Source: Eubacteriales bacterium (GTDB lineage Bacteria; Bacillota; Clostridia; Oscillospirales; CAG-272). Taken from it: DNA of 64,000 nt. Positions 1 through 11,260 of the stretch are shown here, piece after piece. The notes beneath the pieces are model-generated. The model made no database searches, was not told the origin of the DNA, and saw only the letters and a list, made by a program, of their open reading frames with translations. Numbering within the stretch: the stretch's first letter is position 1; every line of letters begins with the position of its first letter. The stretch lies in assembly GCA_045594085.1 (NCBI GenBank), contig JAZNXW010000004.1, positions 230,849 to 294,848 on the forward strand, given 5' to 3'. Both the position numbers and the translations under genes were made by a program.

Positions 1-119
1 AGCGCGTCCCCGATAGGGATCGCACCGCGCGCGGTGTAAACGGTGACAATGAGATAGCCCGATTCCGTGTAACCCTCGGGCGGGGATTCGTTCATAAAAA
101 CATAATCGCCTTCGTTCAT
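1..119 (-). CDS. hypothetical protein, N-terminal fragment only (gene runs off the window start)
   Basis: ATG at 119 (second in-frame ATG at 95) reads MNEGDYVFMNESPPEGYTESGYLIVTVYTARGAIPIGDA and stays open to base 1. It is absent from the ORF track because it is truncated. No family can be assigned from 39 aa. Confidence 0.3.
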   Translation of the reverse strand, partial: MNEGDYVFMNESPPEGYTESGYLIVTVYTARGAIPIGDA

Positions 120-316
120 ATAGAGCCTCACTTTCGCACTTTTTGTGTCTACGCTTTATGATATGCGCGAGGACGGCAAATGTTAAAAAAAGGAAGAAAA
201 TCCTTGACGGAGAGCGCTTTGTTGTGTATAATGATTATGGAGGGGACTCGAAATGGCGAAAAAACGTCAAAATTCACAGTTCTTATCCAAAATATTATTT
301 TTATGGAGGCTTTGTT

Positions 317-865
317 ATGAAGTTCAGACTAACAGCTATCGCACTCGTACTTTGCCTGCTTATTCTATCGCTTTGCATAATATCTTGCGACATGCCCAAC
401 AATCAAGCACCAAATGACATTGATTCGGACGCTTGCGAGATTGAAACACCCGATGTTCCCGAAGCAAATAATGCTTCCGACAAAGTTCTTCCTGTGATAA
501 GTGTCTCTGCTCCGTATCACGGTGAAGGCAGCGATTACGAAAACATCTATGTAACTCTTGAAAAATCATCGTATACGGCAACGGAGGAAATAAGAATAAC
601 TGTCGGAAACAAAAGCAGTAAGCCTTTCAGCCTGTGCAAAGTTCCGATCATTCAGAAATTAAACACATCTACAGGTGAGTGGACGGCAGTGGAAGAGCGC
701 GACACTGTTCAGTCGATATTGACGACCGTGACTTCCCAAAGCACCGATATTTATTTTAACCCCCAAAGCGTAAGCGAACCGCTGACAGCCGGAACTTACA
801 GATTTATCATCTGTTTCCCGAATCACTACATTGTTTCCCCCGAATTCACGCTCACGGAAGAATAA
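317..865 (+). CDS. putative lipoprotein, function unknown
   Basis: ORF 143..865 trimmed to ATG 317, which follows GGAGG (305-309). The N-terminus MKFRLTAIALVLCLLILSLCIISC has a signal peptide plus a lipobox Cys. A hairpin terminator follows. Confidence 0.6.
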   Translation: MKFRLTAIALVLCLLILSLCIISCDMPNNQAPNDIDSDACEIETPDVPEANNASDKVLPVISVSAPYHGEGSDYENIYVTLEKSSYTATEEIRITVGNKSSKPFSLCKVPIIQKLNTSTGEWTAVEERDTVQSILTTVTSQSTDIYFNPQSVSEPLTAGTYRFIICFPNHYIVSPEFTLTEE

Positions 866-867
866 AC

Positions 868-905
868 AAAAAATCCCTTGCCGGGTGGCAAGGGATTTTT
901 CTTTT
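868..905. terminator. bidirectional rho-independent terminator between the lipoprotein gene and gap
   Basis: Stem TCCCTTGCC (874-882) / GGCAAGGGA (887-895) with loop GGGT, flanked by an A-run and a T-run. Confidence 0.65.
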
Positions 906-918
906 GTATATTCGAGAA

Positions 919-1950
919 TTAAAGTTCTGCGAAGTACTTGATGGTGCGAACCATCTGGCTGGTGTAGGAGTTCTCGTTGTCGTACCAAGAAACAACCTGT
1001 ACCTGAGAGGTGCCGTTTTCGAGGTTGATAACCATGGTCTGGGTTGCATCGAAGAGGGAGCCGTAACGCATACCGATGATATCGGAGGAAACGATCTGTT
1101 CTTCGGTGTAGCCGTAGGAATCGTTAGCAGCAGCCTTCATTGCAGCGTTAACTTCTGCAACGGAAACGTGGCCCTTAACGATAGCGTTGAGCATAGTGGT
1201 AGAACCTGTGGGAGTGGGAACTCTCTGAGCAGCGCCGATGAGCTTGCCGTTGAGCTCGGGGATTACGAGACCGATAGCCTTAGCAGCGCCTGTGGAGTTG
1301 GGAACGATGTTAGCAGCGCCTGCTCTTGCACGGCGGAGGTCACCCTTTCTGTGGGGGCCGTCGAGGATCATCTGGTCGCCGGTGTAAGCGTGGATTGTGC
1401 ACATGATACCGGACTCGATGGGAGCGAGGTCGTTGAGAGCCTTAGCCATGGGAGCGAGGCAGTTGGTGGTGCAGGAAGCAGCAGAGATGATGGTGTCTTC
1501 CTTAGTAAGGGTGTTTTCGTTTACGCTGTATACGATAGTGGGCAGATCGTTACCTGCGGGAGCAGAGATAACAACCTTCTTAGCGCCTGCGTCGATGTGA
1601 GCCTGGGACTTAGCCTTAGAGGTGTAGAAACCGGTGCACTCGAGAACAACGTCAACGCCGAGTTCGCCCCAAGGAAGGTTAACAGCGTCCTTTTCAGCGT
1701 AGATCTTGAGGGTCTGACCGTCTACGGTGATGGTGCCTGCTTCGTCGTCTGCTTCTACGGAGTGAAGGTTTTCACCGATCTTGCCGCAGTAGCCGCCCTG
1801 AGCGGTGTCATACTTGAGAAGATGAGCGAGCATAGAGGGCTTGGTGAGGTCGTTGATAGCAACTATTTCATAACCTTCTGCGCCGAACATCTGACGGAAT
1901 GCGAGACGGCCGATACGACCGAAACCGTTAATGGCAACTTTTACTGACAT
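919..1950 (-). CDS. gap: type I glyceraldehyde-3-phosphate dehydrogenase
   Basis: N-terminus [15 protein letters not shown] and active-site motif SCTTNCLAP. Start set at ATG 1950, 8 nt after GGAGG, rather than the upstream ATG 1965. Confidence 0.95.
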   Translation of the reverse strand: MSVKVAINGFGRIGRLAFRQMFGAEGYEIVAINDLTKPSMLAHLLKYDTAQGGYCGKIGENLHSVEADDEAGTITVDGQTLKIYAEKDAVNLPWGELGVDVVLECTGFYTSKAKSQAHIDAGAKKVVISAPAGNDLPTIVYSVNENTLTKEDTIISAASCTTNCLAPMAKALNDLAPIESGIMCTIHAYTGDQMILDGPHRKGDLRRARAGAANIVPNSTGAAKAIGLVIPELNGKLIGAAQRVPTPTGSTTMLNAIVKGHVSVAEVNAAMKAAANDSYGYTEEQIVSSDIIGMRYGSLFDATQTMVINLENGTSQVQVVSWYDNENSYTSQMVRTIKYFAEL

Positions 1951-2133
1951 GATTGAATCCTCCATGTATAAATAAAATTATTGATTCGTGGTTTGCCAAT
2001 TTATATTTTATCTTAATTCTCGAAAAATTACAAGAGGAAAAACGCGATTTTTCAATTATTGTTCGGGATTTTTTCAAATATCTCCGAAACGAACAAATAT
2101 AAACGGCGGATAATTGTCCGAAATTGTGATGTT

Positions 2134-2916
2134 TTACGGACGAGAGAGGCGTTTTTCGCGGATCACAGCGCACCCGAAGCGGCAAACTGAGGCGATCCTG
2201 CCTATCCGAGAAGGACGGCTGAGAGATCGGTACAGCCATTCAAGCCCGTGGTCGCGGAAAAATCGCGGAGCGCGGCGAATCTTGCCGGACCATACGTCAA
2301 AGCTGCCGCCGAGACCGATCGCGCACGCAACGCCCGCATTTGCGAGCTCGTCCGCGTTATTGTGGATCCATTTCTCCTGCGTGGGGGCGCCGAAGCAAAC
2401 CAAGAGCAGCTTCGCACCTGACTCACCGATCAGACGGAGCACAGCGTCGCTATCGGCGCCGCTTTTGTCAAAATAACCGTGATGCACGCCTGCCACGTTG
2501 AGCGACGGGATGCGCAAACGTATACGCTTTGCCGCTTTCTCCGCGATCCCTTCCGCACCGCCGAGAAAGTAGACGGGGATCCCGTCCTCTGCGGCGCGTT
2601 CGAGCAGTTTTGATCCAAGCTCGATCCCTGCGACGCGCACTGACAGCGGCGTGCCGAGGATACGTGACGCTTTGACGATACCGATTCCGTCGGGAACGGA
2701 CAGAGAGGCTGATGCGAAAATGCCGTAAAGCGAGCCCGTTTTGTCGCGCCGACAGAGCTCCACAATATCCGCATTCGGTGTATAGACGGACGCGAAGCCC
2801 GCGTCCGTCTTGATGTGATCTGTTATGAGACGCAGTGCGGAATCGAGCGTGACGTTGTCGAATCCGACGCCGAGAACGTTGATCCTGCCTGAGTCAGATA
2901 ATCTTAAAGTCCGCAA
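2134..2916 (-). CDS. WecB/TagA/CpsF-family glycosyltransferase (GT26, TagA-like)
   Basis: Family-typical segments in a 260-aa protein: VLGVGFDNVTLDSA, PNADIV, VPDGIGIV and FGAPTQEKWI. The only upstream start is TTG 2916, which overlaps the preceding gene by 13 nt, so the start is uncertain. Confidence 0.8.
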   Translation of the reverse strand: MRTLRLSDSGRINVLGVGFDNVTLDSALRLITDHIKTDAGFASVYTPNADIVELCRRDKTGSLYGIFASASLSVPDGIGIVKASRILGTPLSVRVAGIELGSKLLERAAEDGIPVYFLGGAEGIAEKAAKRIRLRIPSLNVAGVHHGYFDKSGADSDAVLRLIGESGAKLLLVCFGAPTQEKWIHNNADELANAGVACAIGLGGSFDVWSGKIRRAPRFFRDHGLEWLYRSLSRPSRIGRIASVCRFGCAVIREKRLSRP

Positions 2917-4634
2917 AATTCGGAGATCTCCGTCTTGTATGACGCGATCTTTGCATCAGCGGCTTCGCGTGTCTCATCACCGACGAGATAGTAGATCTTG
3001 ATCTTGGGCTCTGTGCCGGACGGACGTGCAACGATTACGTCACCGTCCTCAAGCTCAAAATACATTACGTTGGATGAGGGAAGTCCCGTGGGCTCGACCT
3101 TGCCCGTAGCAAGCTCTGTGATGGTGCCCGCCTGATAGTCACGGACGTGAGTTACAGCCTTGCCGGAAACGGACGTGGGATACTCGGTGCGCATTTTTTG
3201 CATAATACCCGCGATCTTTTCAAGACCGTCAAGACCGCTCATCGTGATGCTGTCAGTTGATTCACGGTAGAAGCCGTAGCGTGCGTACAGACCGTCAAGC
3301 GCATCTGCAAGCGTCATTCCGCGAGCGGCGTAGAACGCGGTCATTTCACAGATAAGCATAGTTGCAACGACTGCATCCTTGTCGCGTGCGTAGGTTCCCT
3401 TCAGGTAGCCGTAGCTTTCCTCAAATCCGAGAAGGAAGCTGCCGTGGCCGGACTCTTCGCTCTTTTTTATGACCTCACCGATGAATTTGAAGCCGGTGAG
3501 AACGTTGTGAAGCGTGATGCCGTTTTCCGCGCAGATCTTCGACACCATTTCAGTCGAAACGATCGTTTTGACAGCGTAAGGCTCGGAGGGCATTGCGCCG
3601 CGCTCGTTGTATGCGGTGATGATGTAATCGAGAAGGAGCGCGCCCATCTGGTTGCCGCTGATGTTGATGAACTCGCCGTTTGCAGCCTTTATCATAACGC
3701 CGACGCGGTCGCAGTCGGGGTCTGTTGCGACGATGAGATCGGAGCCGACCTCCTTGGCCAGAGCAAGACCGCGGGTGAACGCTTCCTTGAATTCGGGGTT
3801 GGGATTCTTGATGCCGGGGAAACGTCCGTCGGGGGTCATTTCCTCTGTGACGGGAGTCAGATGCTTCAGACCGATGCGGGAGATGACCTCGGGAACGAGC
3901 TTGTAGCCTGCGCCGTAAAGGGGAGTATAGACGATTTTAAGTGAATCGGCAACCTTTTCGATCGCATCGAGATTGACAGCCTGCTCAAGCACGCACGCGA
4001 GATAAGCCTCGTCCGTTTCCTTGCCGATGACGGTAAGAAGCGGGCTGTTTGCGGCCTCGGAGAAGTCCATGCGCTTCACGTCCTCGAATATGTCTACCTT
4101 TGCCATGGATGCGGCAACGGCGGCTGCGTGATCGGGCGGAAGCTGTGCGCCGTCCTCCCAGTAAGCCTTGTAGCCGTTATATTCGGAGGGGTTATGGGAT
4201 GCTGTGATGTTGATTCCCGCGATGCACTTGTGATAACGGAGCGCAAAGGAGAGGGTGGGAGTCGGACGCAGACTGTCGAAAAGGAATACTCTGATTCCGT
4301 TTGCGACGAGCACGGCAGCGGACGTCTCCGCGAAAAGACGCGAGTTGATTCTCGAGTCGTAGGCGATGGCAACGCCGCGGTCCGCAGCGCCGCAATCGAG
4401 GATGAGGTCTGCAAGTCCCTGCGTTGCGTGAGCGACTGTGTAGACGTTCATTCTGTTCGTTCCTGCTGCCATAGTGCCGCGAAGTCCCGCTGTACCGAAC
4501 GAGAGATAGGACACGAAACGGGATTTGATCTCGTTTTCGTCGTCTGCGATGGCGCGGAGCTCGGCCTTGTATCCCTCGTCAACGACGGGAGAGGCGAGCC
4601 ATTTTTCATACGCTGTTTTGATGTAGTTGTCCAT
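2904..4634 (-). CDS. phosphoglucomutase / phospho-sugar mutase (alpha-D-phosphohexomutase family)
   Basis: 576 aa with the catalytic phosphoserine loop TASHNPSEYNGYK and the four-domain length typical of PgcA-like enzymes. Confidence 0.9.
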   Translation of the reverse strand: MDNYIKTAYEKWLASPVVDEGYKAELRAIADDENEIKSRFVSYLSFGTAGLRGTMAAGTNRMNVYTVAHATQGLADLILDCGAADRGVAIAYDSRINSRLFAETSAAVLVANGIRVFLFDSLRPTPTLSFALRYHKCIAGINITASHNPSEYNGYKAYWEDGAQLPPDHAAAVAASMAKVDIFEDVKRMDFSEAANSPLLTVIGKETDEAYLACVLEQAVNLDAIEKVADSLKIVYTPLYGAGYKLVPEVISRIGLKHLTPVTEEMTPDGRFPGIKNPNPEFKEAFTRGLALAKEVGSDLIVATDPDCDRVGVMIKAANGEFINISGNQMGALLLDYIITAYNERGAMPSEPYAVKTIVSTEMVSKICAENGITLHNVLTGFKFIGEVIKKSEESGHGSFLLGFEESYGYLKGTYARDKDAVVATMLICEMTAFYAARGMTLADALDGLYARYGFYRESTDSITMSGLDGLEKIAGIMQKMRTEYPTSVSGKAVTHVRDYQAGTITELATGKVEPTGLPSSNVMYFELEDGDVIVARPSGTEPKIKIYYLVGDETREAADAKIASYKTEISEFCGL

Positions 4635-4652
4635 AGTTTTCCTCCGGAAAAA

Positions 4653-5444
4653 TTATGTATTTGCTTTGTTTTTTTCGATAATTATGGATACCTCGCCCGA
4701 TGAAAGCGCGGTGAGCGTGCCGTCCCGACCGCGCACAATCAACTCGCAGGCTTCGTTTACGTCAACGGCGACGGCGGAGACGTCCGGCGTGCCGTCGAAG
4801 CGATGCACGATGACGGGCGCACCGAGATGTACGAGACGCGGTCTGTACTCGGTGTGTACATCCGCGATTGCGGGCAGACGGCGAAAAAATCCGTTCACTG
4901 TCTGCGATATGATCTCGCTTGCGTCGAAGACGCCTTTCGTTACGCGCGAAAGCGAGGTTGCGATGTCGGGAAAATCTGTATTGACGGCGTTGATGCCGAT
5001 TCCGACTATGATGTGAGTCTCATCTCCGACGGTGAGCGCCTCTGAGAGAATGCCGCCGAGCTTTTTTTCGTCTGCGATGATGTCGTTGACCCATTTGAGC
5101 CCTGCGTTGATGCCGTACAGATCCGTAAGAGCCGATGTGACGGCGACGCCTGCGAGCGGCGTGACGAGGCGAGCCTCGTGTGGCGCGCGGTGCGCGGGCA
5201 TTGTAAAGCTGAAGCTGAAGTAGATGCCGCCGTGCTCGGAAAAGAAGGCTCTGCCGAGTCTGCCCTTGCCTGAGGTCTGGGAAAGTGCGGCTATGATGCG
5301 TCGATCGGTGTGACCGCTTTTTATCAGATCGGAAAGTGCGGTGTTTGTGGACGGGATCGACTCAACGACGGTGACAGGCAGCGACGTCAAAGACATTATT
5401 GCGTCGGCGTTTGCGGGAATGAAGGAGAGTTTTTCTTTTTTCAT
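4653..5444 (-). CDS. birA: biotin--[acetyl-CoA-carboxylase] ligase (group I, no HTH domain)
   Basis: GKGRLGRAFFSEHGGIYFS and KWVNDI motifs; 263 aa. Its ATG overlaps the upstream stop codon (ATGA at 5441-5444). Confidence 0.85.
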   Translation of the reverse strand: MKKEKLSFIPANADAIMSLTSLPVTVVESIPSTNTALSDLIKSGHTDRRIIAALSQTSGKGRLGRAFFSEHGGIYFSFSFTMPAHRAPHEARLVTPLAGVAVTSALTDLYGINAGLKWVNDIIADEKKLGGILSEALTVGDETHIIVGIGINAVNTDFPDIATSLSRVTKGVFDASEIISQTVNGFFRRLPAIADVHTEYRPRLVHLGAPVIVHRFDGTPDVSAVAVDVNEACELIVRGRDGTLTALSSGEVSIIIEKNKANT

Positions 5445-6307
5445 TCCGTCACCGCGTCGTAAATCCCCGTCAGAGTGAATCGGGGATGGAAAAGATTCAA
5501 ATAAAGGATGAAGGATTTGAAGCTTCCGCCGAGAATAAATGTGAAACTGAAGATCTCACCGTTGCGTTCTGACGGTGCGGACGACACCTCACAAAGACCG
5601 TGACCGAGCGCCTCTGCCGCTTTTGCGAGCGAGAGGGCGGTCGCTCCGTCGCAGGGGACGGAAAGCTCAATGCGTGACGGAGATGGCGAGATCGGATGGC
5701 TGTTTCGCTTACAGAGCGCGTAGCGCATCACGTTTTCGACAGACTCTACGGTGACAGTTGCCGAGATCTTGAGTCCGTACACGTCGATCATGCGGTAAAA
5801 CGAGCGCAATCTGCCGTCCGTGCCGCTCACAATGGGAAGGATGCAGTAGCCTGCATCTCCGTCGAGCACGGCGTCACAAGCGGAGGAGATCCTGCTTGTG
5901 TGTACTGCTGAAAGATGAAAATGGCGAGCGAAGGCTTCAAATGCGGCGTCGGCTCCGCTTCCGGAAACGAACGACGCAGATGCAGGCACGGAATCGTACT
6001 CCGGGAAAAGCAATGAATCCTTGACCTCACCGAAGCGTTTTTCGTAAACGTCGGTAAGGAAACGTGCGAAAATGCCGCCGGAGGCGCCGTTCCCTACAAG
6101 TCCGATCGCGGCTTTGAGCGATGATGACAACGCGGCTCCGCCGTATCCGTCGGCGGAGAAAAGCTCACCGACGGAGTCGCCTTCGTCGATCAGCGCGAGA
6201 CGCGCAAGCTCTTTGATGTAGCCTTTTTTTACTGTTTCCGAGCGCAAAAGCTCCTCGGATGCGTCGGAAAGTCCGCGCGCGATGATGTCTGTGTCTGTGG
6301 TCTTCAC
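5441..6307 (-). CDS. hypothetical protein (degenerate prephenate-dehydratase/ACT-like C-terminal part)
   Basis: 288-aa ORF with GTG start 6307, 8 nt after AGGAGG. It lies 25 nt downstream of htpG and is translationally coupled to birA. The remote PDT/ACT-like layout is described in findings. Confidence 0.6.
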   Translation of the reverse strand: MKTTDTDIIARGLSDASEELLRSETVKKGYIKELARLALIDEGDSVGELFSADGYGGAALSSSLKAAIGLVGNGASGGIFARFLTDVYEKRFGEVKDSLLFPEYDSVPASASFVSGSGADAAFEAFARHFHLSAVHTSRISSACDAVLDGDAGYCILPIVSGTDGRLRSFYRMIDVYGLKISATVTVESVENVMRYALCKRNSHPISPSPSRIELSVPCDGATALSLAKAAEALGHGLCEVSSAPSERNGEIFSFTFILGGSFKSFILYLNLFHPRFTLTGIYDAVTE

Positions 6308-6332
6308 GGCACGGACCTCCTTTCGGTTGATT

Positions 6333-8207
<1,875 letters not shown>

Positions 8208-8277
8208 TTGTTTTACCTCTCGGGGGAGATTTTTGCTTAATATATTAAGGGCAGATCACCCTTATACTCCATAGTAA

Positions 8278-8306
8278 ATTATATATCCGCGTCCGCGCAT
8301 TGTCAA
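8278..8306 (-). promoter_or_regulatory. consensus sigma-A-type promoter for htpG
   Basis: Minus strand reads TTGACA (8306-8301), a 17-nt spacer, then TATAAT (8283-8278), about 70 nt upstream of the htpG ATG. Confidence 0.6.
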
Positions 8307-8345
8307 GACGAAGAAGCGTTAAAACGTCAAAGGAGAAAACCACGC

Positions 8346-8374
8346 TTGCAAAAACGCTTTCGATGTGGTATACT
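8346..8374 (+). promoter_or_regulatory. sigma-A-type promoter upstream of tRNA-Arg
   Basis: TTGCAA (8346-8351), a 17-nt spacer, then TATACT (8369-8374) preceded by TGG (an extended -10-like element). Confidence 0.5.
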
Positions 8375-8443
8375 GTACCTCACGGATGTAGTATTGACGC
8401 AAAAAAGGCGAGTTGAGTCACTGCGTCCGCGAAAAATGAATAC

Positions 8444-8515
8444 GCCTCCATAGTTAAATGGATATAATAGCCCCCTCCTAAGGGGTAGTTATGGGTTCGA
8501 TTCCCGTTGGGGGTG
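8444..8515 (+). tRNA. tRNA-Arg (anticodon CCT)
   Basis: Hand-folded cloverleaf. Acceptor GCCTCCA/TGGGGGT. D arm GTTA-AATGGATA-TAAT. Anticodon stem GCCCC/GGGGT with loop CTCCTAA. T arm ATGGG-TTCGATT-CCCGT. Discriminator G. CCA is not encoded. Confidence 0.85.
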
Positions 8516-8521
8516 AAGAAA

Positions 8522-8556
8522 AAGCCTGACGCATCTGCGTCAGGCTTTTTGCTTTT
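8522..8556. terminator. bidirectional terminator (tRNA-Arg / convergent 246-aa gene)
   Basis: Stem AAGCCTGACGC / GCGTCAGGCTT followed by a T-run, with an A-run on the left side. Confidence 0.7.
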
Positions 8557-9297
8557 TCAAAAGAATCTTTCAATAATTGTGACGTATTTTTCGGGGACAG
8601 TATACAGTGCTACAGATACTGTTCCGTCATCGGGAGAATAATTTATCGAGAGATGCAGCACACCGTCGATCTTTACAAAAGAGCCGCAATAAATTGCTGC
8701 GACCGGGCAATCCTCGTAGCCGACGTGTAACGATCTTGATGTGAGGTTTCTGTATTCGCTCTCGGTCAATTCCAAGGAGAGATCTTCTTTTGCGGACGCG
8801 AGAATGTCGGCAACGGCGTTGTAAAGGTCGTCGTTTTTGTCGGTCAACTTGCTTTTTTCGACAATGTTGTGATTGATCGCCACGGACGTGATCTCGCCCT
8901 CGGTCGGCGGCTCATAATCATTTCGGACAAGATAACACTGATCGAGTAAACTACGCACGATGACGTAATTTCTGTCGCGGTCGCCTTTTACAACACTTAC
9001 CGTGAGACCGTCTTTTGTCTGCGCTACCGCCTTTGCTTCATCGTATACGAAGCCTTCAACGGGGACGTAGTGATTGCCTTTCCAATAAAGATCACCGCCG
9101 AAGCTGCCCTCGGCACTTGTGTCGAAAAGGAACAGGGAACGACCTGTAAACGTCCACACCCATCCGTCAACGAAAACAGCAACGACCGTAACGGTCAAAA
9201 GGATCGCCAATGCGCCGACGATCTTATTTCGAAGAGACCGTCTGCGAGCATTTTTCGCAGCTTGTTCTTCTTCCGTCAGAAATACGCCTTTCATCAC
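8557..9297 (-). CDS. hypothetical membrane-anchored protein
   Basis: 246-aa ORF with one N-terminal TM helix (IVGALAILLTVTVVAVFV). No recognisable motif. Its start overlaps the stop of the upstream GH35 gene by 4 nt. Confidence 0.55.
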   Translation of the reverse strand: MMKGVFLTEEEQAAKNARRRSLRNKIVGALAILLTVTVVAVFVDGWVWTFTGRSLFLFDTSAEGSFGGDLYWKGNHYVPVEGFVYDEAKAVAQTKDGLTVSVVKGDRDRNYVIVRSLLDQCYLVRNDYEPPTEGEITSVAINHNIVEKSKLTDKNDDLYNAVADILASAKEDLSLELTESEYRNLTSRSLHVGYEDCPVAAIYCGSFVKIDGVLHLSINYSPDDGTVSVALYTVPEKYVTIIERFF

Positions 9298-11048
9298 TTC
9301 TTATCTAAGATCGGAGTGTCGCAGAATTCGACGGTGGGGTCGCCCGTGAGTCCGTCGCCCTCGAACACGACGATTTCATTTTTGCCTTTCTTAAGGAGTG
9401 AAGCGGGGATGTAGAGGGTGACCTGCGGACCGATCTCCCAATAGCGTCCGATGTTGTAGCCGTTGACGAGAACGAAGCCTTTTTTGAAGCTGTCGAGCTT
9501 GAGGAACGTGTCTGCGGGCTCGTCGATCTCGATAAAGCCGCGGTGGAACGCGGATTTTTCATACGGCATCTCGTCCGTGTATTCGACAAGATCGAGATTA
9601 TCCATCGGGAGCGTGTAAACATCCCAGCCGAAGTGGATCTTGCCGCCGAGCAGGCAGCGTCCCGCGATGCCCTTCTTGCGCATCATCTTCGGGCCGAAGT
9701 TGCAGCGTCCCATGTTCTCGCAAAGAACGGTCAAAACGTCGCCGGCTTTAGCGGAGATCTTGATCTCGAGCTTCGGATCGTTGACGTAAACGACGCCGAC
9801 GAGGTCGCGGTTGACGTAGATCTGGGCGCGGTCTCCGAGACTTTCAAAGGAGAGGGTGGTGTTATTGTAATCGCGGTTGAGGACAGTACGGTACGCGATG
9901 TAGCCGTAGCCCTGGCCGTATTTTTCCATGCAGAGCGGAACGTCGGAGTGAACGGGAGACGCGAGCTTTCCGACCGTGTCGAAGAATCCTGCGTGCTCTG
10001 TCAGAGTGAGCTTGCCGAAGGCGCGCTTTGTTCTGTTGCCGGGAACCTCGGGCAGCGGATGATCTATGTACTTTTTGATGACCTCGCGGACTGCGTAATA
10101 TTTGGGAGTTACGTCGCCGCATTCGGACAGAAGAGCGTCGTAATCGTAGCTTGTTACATCGGGAGCGAAGGTTTCGTAATGGTTTGCGCCTGATGTGAAG
10201 CCGAAGTTGGTGCCGCCGATGAACATATAGATGTTGAGGCCGCCGCGCTTGAGCATATCATCAACTACGCCCGCGTATTTTTCCGCGTCGGTGGTGTGAT
10301 GCTCCGCATCGCCCCACGCGTCGAACCAGCCGTTCCACATTTCCATGCAGACCTTGGGTGCGTCGGGGAAAAGCACGTCGTGCGCGCGGAAATTTTCCTC
10401 GACGCGGCTTCCGAAGTTGAGCGTAGGCAGACAGCCCTCGATGTGACCGTCGAGAAGGTCGCTCATGCTTGTTCCGTCCGAGGTGAACAGCGGTACGTCG
10501 ATACCGCGGCGGATGTAGCCGTCGCGCAGATATTTGAGATATTCCTTGTCGTCGCCGTAGTAGCCGTACTCGTTTTCGCACTGAAGCATAATAACGGGAC
10601 CGCCGTTTGTAGAGAGCAGGGGGCGAACCTCTGCGAGCAGATGATCGAGGTAACGGTCAAAATGCTTGATGTATACGGGGTTGGAGCATCTGATCTCGAT
10701 TCCCTCGTCTGCCTGGATCCACCACGGCAGACCGCCGAACTCCCATTCCGCACAGATGTAGGGACCGGGTCTGACGATGACCATAAGTCCTGCCGCCTCG
10801 GCTGTCTTTATGAAGCGTGCGATGTCGAGATTTCCCGTGAAATCATATTCGCCGGGCTTCTTTTCATGCATATTCCACGCACAGTAGGTTTCAACACAGT
10901 TACAGCCCATCGCAGCCATCTTTTCAAAAATGTCGGACCACGTGTCGGGCATATTGCGGAAGTAATGAACGGCGCCTGAGATGAGCTTGATCGGCTTGCC
11001 GTCCTTTATAAACTGATTTTTTACGATTTCGAATGTCATATTACGCAT
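9294..11048 (-). CDS. beta-galactosidase, glycoside hydrolase family 35
   Basis: GH35-typical N-terminal barrel: VHYFRNMPDTWSDIFEKMAAMGCNCVETYCAWNMHE, RPGPYICAEWEFGGLPWW, QCENEYG. The true start may be ATG 11039 (MTFEIV), which has better spacing from the AAGGAA RBS. Confidence 0.9.
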   Translation of the reverse strand: MRNMTFEIVKNQFIKDGKPIKLISGAVHYFRNMPDTWSDIFEKMAAMGCNCVETYCAWNMHEKKPGEYDFTGNLDIARFIKTAEAAGLMVIVRPGPYICAEWEFGGLPWWIQADEGIEIRCSNPVYIKHFDRYLDHLLAEVRPLLSTNGGPVIMLQCENEYGYYGDDKEYLKYLRDGYIRRGIDVPLFTSDGTSMSDLLDGHIEGCLPTLNFGSRVEENFRAHDVLFPDAPKVCMEMWNGWFDAWGDAEHHTTDAEKYAGVVDDMLKRGGLNIYMFIGGTNFGFTSGANHYETFAPDVTSYDYDALLSECGDVTPKYYAVREVIKKYIDHPLPEVPGNRTKRAFGKLTLTEHAGFFDTVGKLASPVHSDVPLCMEKYGQGYGYIAYRTVLNRDYNNTTLSFESLGDRAQIYVNRDLVGVVYVNDPKLEIKISAKAGDVLTVLCENMGRCNFGPKMMRKKGIAGRCLLGGKIHFGWDVYTLPMDNLDLVEYTDEMPYEKSAFHRGFIEIDEPADTFLKLDSFKKGFVLVNGYNIGRYWEIGPQVTLYIPASLLKKGKNEIVVFEGDGLTGDPTVEFCDTPILDKK

Positions 11049-11260
11049 TTCCTTTCGGAGTCGTTTTTTACTGTGTCAATTATACACTAAATCGGAGGTG
11101 TAAGTCAACCGATTAGAAAGTTTCTTCGGCAGAGAGATGATTTTTTTGCCGATATTATGGATTCCGAACGGTTTTTCTGTTATACTTAAATTGAAGAATT
11201 TTACCGCACGGAAGTGCGGCTTCTCGGATTTCGAAATTATATTTGAAACGGAGATCGTTT

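Noticed and set aside
904-1947. 347-aa ORF on the plus strand, exactly antisense to gap.
   Set aside because: Its codon boundaries coincide with those of gap (both occupy positions 3n+1..3n+3). It therefore stops only where gap uses TTA, CTA or TCA, codons this biased gene avoids. The product is low-complexity and has no RBS. It is a shadow ORF.
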